IMG/VR virus record: IMGVR_UViG_3300033067_002100
Coordinates: 1-50,685 of that record
From: a virus
Taxonomy: Duplodnaviria; Caudoviricetes
Length of the DNA: 50,685 bases
Direction: 5' to 3' (one strand)
Part shown: positions 45,936 to 50,685 of the stretch, piece after piece
How the letters are laid out: each line of letters begins with the position of its first letter
How positions within the stretch are numbered: position 1 is the stretch's first letter
The notes under the pieces: model-generated
The model's input: the letters and a program-made list of their open reading frames with translations, nothing else
What the model was told of the DNA's origin: nothing
The model's database searches: none
Made by a program: the position numbers and the translations under genes

Positions 45936-46168
45936 GGCGTCTCCTTGGATGAAGTGGCCTCGGGCGCGAGTAGGGAGAGGACTTTTGTTTCGCATGGGCT
46001 GAATGTGCAGATGGATGCCGCGGCCTCGCGAATGCCCGCTTGCCGGCCGCGCTCCTCGGCGTCTGCGATTGCTTGGGCCACGGGTTCTATCTCGTCACGG
46101 TCGTTCGCTGTCCAATGTGCGATGACAGCTAACTCGATGTGTTCTTCCGTCACTTTGGTCGCGCTCAT
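45932..46168 (-). CDS. Hypothetical protein
   Basis: AQAIADAEERG..AG.REAA motif; coupled. Confidence 0.6.
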   Translation of the reverse strand: MSATKVTEEHIELAVIAHWTANDRDEIEPVAQAIADAEERGRQAGIREAAASICTFSPCETKVLSLLAPEATSSKETP

Positions 46169-46398
46169 TTGGCACCCCTCGCGCGAATGAGCATTGCGAT
46201 GTAGTCGATGTCGCCTTGACCTTCGTCACTCGTGCAGAGCTGCGCGCAGGCTTCGCGTTCTTGCTCCACGGCGGCCTGCACTGCTTGCGCGGCGAAAGCG
46301 TCCAGGGCTTCGGCAAGTTGGAAGGTGAGGGGGCCGGGCTGTTCCATGCCATAGAACTTGCTCGCCGCCGCCAGCGCTTCAGGTGATGGCCTGCTCAT
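46165..46398 (-). CDS. Hypothetical protein
   Basis: EREACAQLC...IA..IRARG motif common in small phage proteins. Confidence 0.65.
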   Translation of the reverse strand: MSRPSPEALAAASKFYGMEQPGPLTFQLAEALDAFAAQAVQAAVEQEREACAQLCTSDEGQGDIDYIAMLIRARGAK

Positions 46399-47033
46399 GC
46401 CTCACCGCCTTCGATTTGTAGCAGGAGTTGGTAACCGGGGGCTTGCACAGCGGCGTATGCATCTACTGCGATGTCAGCAAGCATGCGGAGTGGCTCGTCT
46501 TTGGTCGCACGAGCAGCAGCACGAGCAGTCGCACGAGCAGCATGAGCAGCATCAGCAGCAGCAGCATGAGCAGTATACGCAGCAGCACGAGCAGCAGCCT
46601 CCGGCGTTGGGGTTTGCTCGCACTGTGTGGCGGCTTTTTTCAACGCCGACCTGTGCGGCTCATTTTGCAGCGGGGCGGCTGCGCGCAAAGCAAACGGAAC
46701 AATCTTTCGGATTACATCTTCGACAACAAGACGTAGCCATTCCATTTGCTGCGCTTTGGACAAGTCCTTACTGCCAAGTTGTGCAATCGCCAGCCGTCGC
46801 ATGCCATCCGCCCGAGCCTGCTCGGATGACCATTTTGCATCATTCAACGTGAGACTTAACGACCGATCTTGCGCCCCTACGCAGCTAGGAGTGTCTCCGT
46901 GTGGCTCGCCCATTGCCAAGCATATCGCGGCCTCGATGCACATCTGGCCCGGCACTGGCTGCCCAAGGCCCGACACAAGACCAGCGTTGACGAACTCAGA
47001 AACTTTATGTGCTTGTTCTAGTGTTACGCTCAC
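46395..47033 (-). CDS. Hypothetical protein with Ala-rich low-complexity tract
   Basis: GLG.P..GQMCIEAA...D.P.CV...LND..W domain followed by AARAAA repeats. Confidence 0.7.
   Translation of the reverse strand: MSVTLEQAHKVSEFVNAGLVSGLGQPVPGQMCIEAAICLAMGEPHGDTPSCVGAQDRSLSLTLNDAKWSSEQARADGMRRLAIAQLGSKDLSKAQQMEWLRLVVEDVIRKIVPFALRAAAPLQNEPHRSALKKAATQCEQTPTPEAAARAAAYTAHAAAADAAHAARATARAAARATKDEPLRMLADIAVDAYAAVQAPGYQLLLQIEGGEA
46506..46598. repeat. Degenerate GCA/GCACGAGCA tandem repeat encoding the Ala-rich tract
   Basis: gcacgagcagcagcacgagcagtcgcacgagcagcatgagcagca... Confidence 0.75.
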
Positions 47034-47323
47034 TGTACAACCTCGTCTGCCACAACAAGAGCAACAGCAGTTAACTTGCTGGCTAGCACTCGATAAACGT
47101 TAGCCAGCTGGTCATTTTCATCGGCTAGATCGTTTGCCAGGGTGCCTAGCAACTCGACCACAGCAATAACGGCATCACGACTCCCCTGGTCTTCTGCATT
47201 GGCCAATGCCTGCGCGATGTCGAGCACGTAGCGGTCCAATACAGCGCCGCTCTTTACCAATTTCTCTGCGTGCTCAAGGTGCCGAGTTAGCATGGTCGCG
47301 TTGTACTTCGTCATTTGCTGCAC
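47030..47323 (-). CDS. Hypothetical protein, first gene of the leftward operon
   Basis: TTGACG-17 nt-TACCGT-6 nt-GTG upstream. Confidence 0.6.
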   Translation of the reverse strand: MQQMTKYNATMLTRHLEHAEKLVKSGAVLDRYVLDIAQALANAEDQGSRDAVIAVVELLGTLANDLADENDQLANVYRVLASKLTAVALVVADEVVQ

Positions 47324-47385
47324 TGAACCACGGTAACCGAAACAAAAACGTTCGTCAATCCAATTATTTATGATACAACATTAGA
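47324..47385. promoter_or_regulatory. Back-to-back divergent promoters with overlapping -35 boxes
   Basis: Leftward TTGACG(47353-58)/TACCGT(47330-35); rightward TTCGTC(47351-56)/TGA-TACAAC(47374-79); both 17-nt spacers, each -10 6 nt from a start codon. Confidence 0.6.
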
Positions 47386-48234
47386 ATGGAAGCATTCACT
47401 CTTCTGCACAAAGATGTCTCGCAACCTTTTCACGGGAAAACGCTGTACGGGGAACTCAGTGAACTGAGACCGCGGTTGGAGGCATACAACCAGGTCGGCT
47501 ACAACGTGTTCTTTACGGTCAACCGCACTGACGGGCGCGGCCGGAGAGCTGAGAACATTACGGAGGCGCGCTTCTGCTTCTCAGACCTAGATAATGGGCT
47601 GCCTGCTAAGTGGCCACTTCAGCCGACGCTCTTGGTTGAGTCGAGTCCCAACCGCTACCAAGCGTACTTCAGGCTAGAAGCTGGGTGCACGGACTTTAAG
47701 CAGTGGGCCGCAGTGCAGAGAGCCGTTGTTAAGGAGACCGGGGGTGATTCAAACGCGCAAGATTTGGCCAGAATTCTAAGGGTTCCCGGCTTTATTAATC
47801 ACAAAAGAACACCGACCCACAAAGTTCATGTGTACTACTTTATCGACAAAACCTACACGCTCGAAGACCTCCGTGATGCATTCGGCACAATAGAATCGGC
47901 GCCACTCGTCCAAAAGCTTCCTCTGGCGGATTCTGATCTACCGCCTGCGGAGGTTCGCAAACGGCGGTTTCAGGGCTGGCTCGGAATGCTTGAGGTTCCG
48001 CGAGGTGGTGAGCGCAACGCTTTCCTATTTCGTGCAGCTGCCAAGGGGCTACGCGACTTCGCCGTGGATGCGGACGACGTGTACGAGATCCTGGAAGAGT
48101 ACTGGTACGAACATGACCACTCCGGCGATGACCCACGCCTAGAAAGCATTGTACGAAATGCGTCACGTAGCGCGACTGGCTCCTACGGAAGCGCACTCCA
48201 ACCAGCAACCATTGAGCTCGTCACTGACAAATAG
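47386..48234 (+). CDS. RepB'-type (AEP superfamily) DNA primase with PriCT-like C-terminus
   Basis: VFFTVN.TDG.GR, FSDLD, VESSP..YQAYF, DLARILRVPGF.NHK, GERN..LF. Confidence 0.85.
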   Translation: MEAFTLLHKDVSQPFHGKTLYGELSELRPRLEAYNQVGYNVFFTVNRTDGRGRRAENITEARFCFSDLDNGLPAKWPLQPTLLVESSPNRYQAYFRLEAGCTDFKQWAAVQRAVVKETGGDSNAQDLARILRVPGFINHKRTPTHKVHVYYFIDKTYTLEDLRDAFGTIESAPLVQKLPLADSDLPPAEVRKRRFQGWLGMLEVPRGGERNAFLFRAAAKGLRDFAVDADDVYEILEEYWYEHDHSGDDPRLESIVRNASRSATGSYGSALQPATIELVTDK

Positions 48235-48272
48235 CTTTGTATTGTTTTAATGTGTTATGATAAAACATTACA

Positions 48273-48740
48273 ATGAACAAGTTCCTTGCCATCGCATTTC
48301 TGTCCGGATGCGGCACGCAACAGCCACCACCTAAGCGCGCTAACTTCCACCCTTCTTACGTTGATTACATGTACAGAAAAGACTTTTTCATACTGGCCGA
48401 CTACATCAACGAGGAGCTCGGCTACGAAGCCCTCTCTGTACAGGAAGACTCGCATCAATCGATACAAGTACTAAGCGCTGACAATCAGGAGTTCTGGAGC
48501 AAACTTCCGCCCGGGACTATCGGCGCCACCCAAAATCGCACGACCATCATTCTTCTCCCTGTGGAGACAGTCTCAACCAAGCACGCCAGATCCCTTCTCG
48601 CACATGAACTCGGACACGCGCTGGGCTTAGTTCACTCAGACCACGGCTTAATGGCGCCAATAATCACAGATGATTGCGAGAATATCGAGGGGCCCTGTCT
48701 GCTTGACGCCCTCCGCGACCAAGGCCTTGCCCCACAATAA
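48273..48740 (+). CDS. Metzincin (matrixin-like) lipoprotein
   Basis: Lipobox LSGC; HELGHALGLVH plus GLM Met-turn; own promoter TGA-TAAAAC-6 nt-ATG. Confidence 0.8.
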   Translation: MNKFLAIAFLSGCGTQQPPPKRANFHPSYVDYMYRKDFFILADYINEELGYEALSVQEDSHQSIQVLSADNQEFWSKLPPGTIGATQNRTTIILLPVETVSTKHARSLLAHELGHALGLVHSDHGLMAPIITDDCENIEGPCLLDALRDQGLAPQ

Positions 48741-48757
48741 TTTCGCAAAGGATACCA

Positions 48758-50068
48758 ATGACAGACAACAACGTTTACGACTTGTTCGCCGAGTTAGTCG
48801 CTAAGTATTCCGCCGAAAAGAACGCTCGCGAGGGAAAGCAGCAAGGACCATCCAAGCTGCAACTCATCAACGGTGCAGTGCGCGGAGCCTACCACGACAT
48901 CTGCCGAGACTACCGCTACATGGCGTCTGAGCTCTTAAGTCGCCAGCCATATATTGTTAAGATCGACAACCTCGCCGTCGTACACCCAGCATCGGAACAA
49001 CTGCTGACAGACTGGGTGCATGCCCGCTACCACGAATCCTTTAGCCGCAAAGACGTTGACGACATCACCACACTTCTCAAGCGTGAGATGCGTCAGCCCG
49101 AGGCGCTCGTTAAAGTGTCGAGTGTGGCGCCCATCCGGTGGGCTGATGAAGACGGTTTGTGCCACTGTCGGTTGCCGGTGTCGCGAGAAGCAACGACGCA
49201 GATGCCGCGGGTATATCAGGAGTTTGTCGACCGAATTCACACGGAAGAAGAGCGCACCAGCTTTGTGCTGTGGATTGGCTCTTTACTTGATGCTGAGGAA
49301 AAGGATCGCTCGCAGTATCTCTATATTCATGGCGATGGTGAGGACGGAAAGTCGGCGCTGTTGTCTGCGCTGGGTTCGCTGTTTGGCCGCGGCTACATGA
49401 CGATCGATGTGGACACGCTAAGTGCGCGCTTTGGTACATCAGCGCTTGAAGGAATCCGCTTGCTTGAGATTTCTGACAGCAATGCAGCGAGCTTCCCCTC
49501 CACTACCCTCTTCAAGCGCATCACTGGCGAGCCTCACATCAACATCGAACGCAAAGGCGAATCGATGCGCATGATTTCGCTCACGTGTAAGACTGTCCTC
49601 AGCTCCAACTATCCGCCTAAGGGACAAGGCTCGCGCGCAGACGAGCGCCGTCTCATTTACGTGCGAGTGCGGCGCTTCACTGGCCCCGTCGACCGGCGAG
49701 TTGCACCTGAAATGATCAAGTATGCGGGCGAGTTCCTTCAATATTGCGACACGGTGTACCGCGAGTGGAAGCAAGCTAATCCCGGCGCCGAGATACCGGT
49801 GGGTAAGGAAGCCCAAGAAGACGTCAAAGCCACAAGCGTGCGCGCTGAGGCGGAAGAACTCTTCGAGTCGTTGTTTGATGTCGTTGAAGACAAGACGCTA
49901 TTTCTCAAAGCCGTCGGCGTCCGCGAGGACATCATGAAGGGCGCCAAAGCCTATGGGCGCAAAGGTGTCGAATGGGAAACCATGCGCCTAGTTCGTGAAC
50001 GCTGCGGCAACGCGCAGTGGTGCAAGGACCGAGTCCGCGCCTACTACGGCCTGCAGCGCAAAATGTAA
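48758..50068 (+). CDS. Superfamily 3 (D5/P4-like) helicase
   Basis: Walker A GDGEDGKS, RLLEISD, FKRITG..I.IERKG, motif C SSN, Arg finger RRL. Confidence 0.85.
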   Translation: MTDNNVYDLFAELVAKYSAEKNAREGKQQGPSKLQLINGAVRGAYHDICRDYRYMASELLSRQPYIVKIDNLAVVHPASEQLLTDWVHARYHESFSRKDVDDITTLLKREMRQPEALVKVSSVAPIRWADEDGLCHCRLPVSREATTQMPRVYQEFVDRIHTEEERTSFVLWIGSLLDAEEKDRSQYLYIHGDGEDGKSALLSALGSLFGRGYMTIDVDTLSARFGTSALEGIRLLEISDSNAASFPSTTLFKRITGEPHINIERKGESMRMISLTCKTVLSSNYPPKGQGSRADERRLIYVRVRRFTGPVDRRVAPEMIKYAGEFLQYCDTVYREWKQANPGAEIPVGKEAQEDVKATSVRAEAEELFESLFDVVEDKTLFLKAVGVREDIMKGAKAYGRKGVEWETMRLVRERCGNAQWCKDRVRAYYGLQRKM

Positions 50069-50119
50069 GTCAGTCTCCCACCCTTACCGACTAATCCCCA
50101 CAATTACACACCAAAATGC

Positions 50120-50320
50120 TCCGCGCGCAACCGTGGGTGCACCGCAAACCAATTTTTTAGGTTGCAGAAATTCTTCAATGTTTTCGTTTGTTTATCTATC
50201 TGCAACAATTGCAACACTTATTATTTTAATTCATATAAGGATATAAGAGTATAAGTATAAAGGCGTGGAGCGATATAGAATTTTTTTGTGTTGTGCGTGT
50301 CGCAATGTTGCAACCCCCGG
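50120..50320. other. Candidate replication origin
   Basis: Non-coding; AT-rich core at ~50215-50290 flanked by repeated GCAAC/GTTGC motifs; directly downstream of the helicase. Confidence 0.4.
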
Positions 50321-50685
50321 TCTCAGGAACTGATTTCTTCTTAAAACCGCTGTGATTAGGCGCACGCGGGCAAACCATCAGTAGGTACCAATCACGCGCA
50401 AAGATGCGCCATATTGGATCCTGATGCGTTTAACGCGGTATTTGAGATAGTTAGACTAAACCGACAGGATAAGGCAGGACAACAGGTGGCCAACACACCT
50501 ACATCGACCTACTTATTCATAGTCTTAGCGAGCTTCATAAACATTTGGCGTTGCTCAGCGGTCATCCCTGAGATCATGTTCAGAAGAGCTTGCTGCTCAG
50601 CCGGCACATTTCTTGGCCTTTCGCTCTGTCTTCTGTGACATGGTCAGCCCAACAACAGCGGCCAGATCATCAGCTGGTACGTTGG

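Noticed and set aside
46358-46852. + strand Gln/His-rich and Ser-rich ORFs
   Set aside because: Alternative-frame readings of the GCA repeat that encodes the Ala tract on the - strand.
1-50685. Alternative genetic code, diversity-generating retroelement, introns/inteins, terminal repeats
   Set aside because: Core genes are intact under code 11 with all three stop codons used; no reverse transcriptase or intein motifs; the window ends do not repeat.

Overview
The window looks like a near-complete genome of a tailed dsDNA phage with podovirus-type (P22/T7-like) morphogenesis and standard genetic code. The + strand from 0.3 to 29.1 kb carries a metallophosphoesterase, TerS/TerL, portal, scaffold, major capsid, accessory fibre proteins, a trypsin-like protease, adaptor/nozzle, ejection proteins, tailspike/LamG/glycoside-hydrolase proteins and a lysis cassette. 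The - strand from 29.1 to 47.3 kb carries nucleotide-pool enzymes (MazG-like, DUF5664, NT5C), a family A DNA polymerase, an SSB/Sak4-like/Cas4-like recombination module, a RuvC-like resolvase, a serine recombinase and many small translationally coupled ORFs. A divergent RepB-type primase and SF3 helicase lie at 47.4-50.1 kb, followed by a candidate origin. The most unusual element is a ~450-nt non-coding block (40640-41100, - strand). It holds two tRNA-shaped RNAs with intact acceptor and T arms but expanded interiors, one being a tRNA-Ile(GAU) scaffold with a 24-nt D-stem insertion, separated by two copies of an unrecognised tetraloop-capped hairpin motif. Also notable are nine genes with a -10-like box exactly 6 nt before the start codon (leaderless architecture), a u-spanin-like protein next to an i-spanin-like one, a PolA with Leu762 and a VYDS motif C, and a displaced C1q-like structural gene. 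All calls come from reading motifs by eye; no searches were run.
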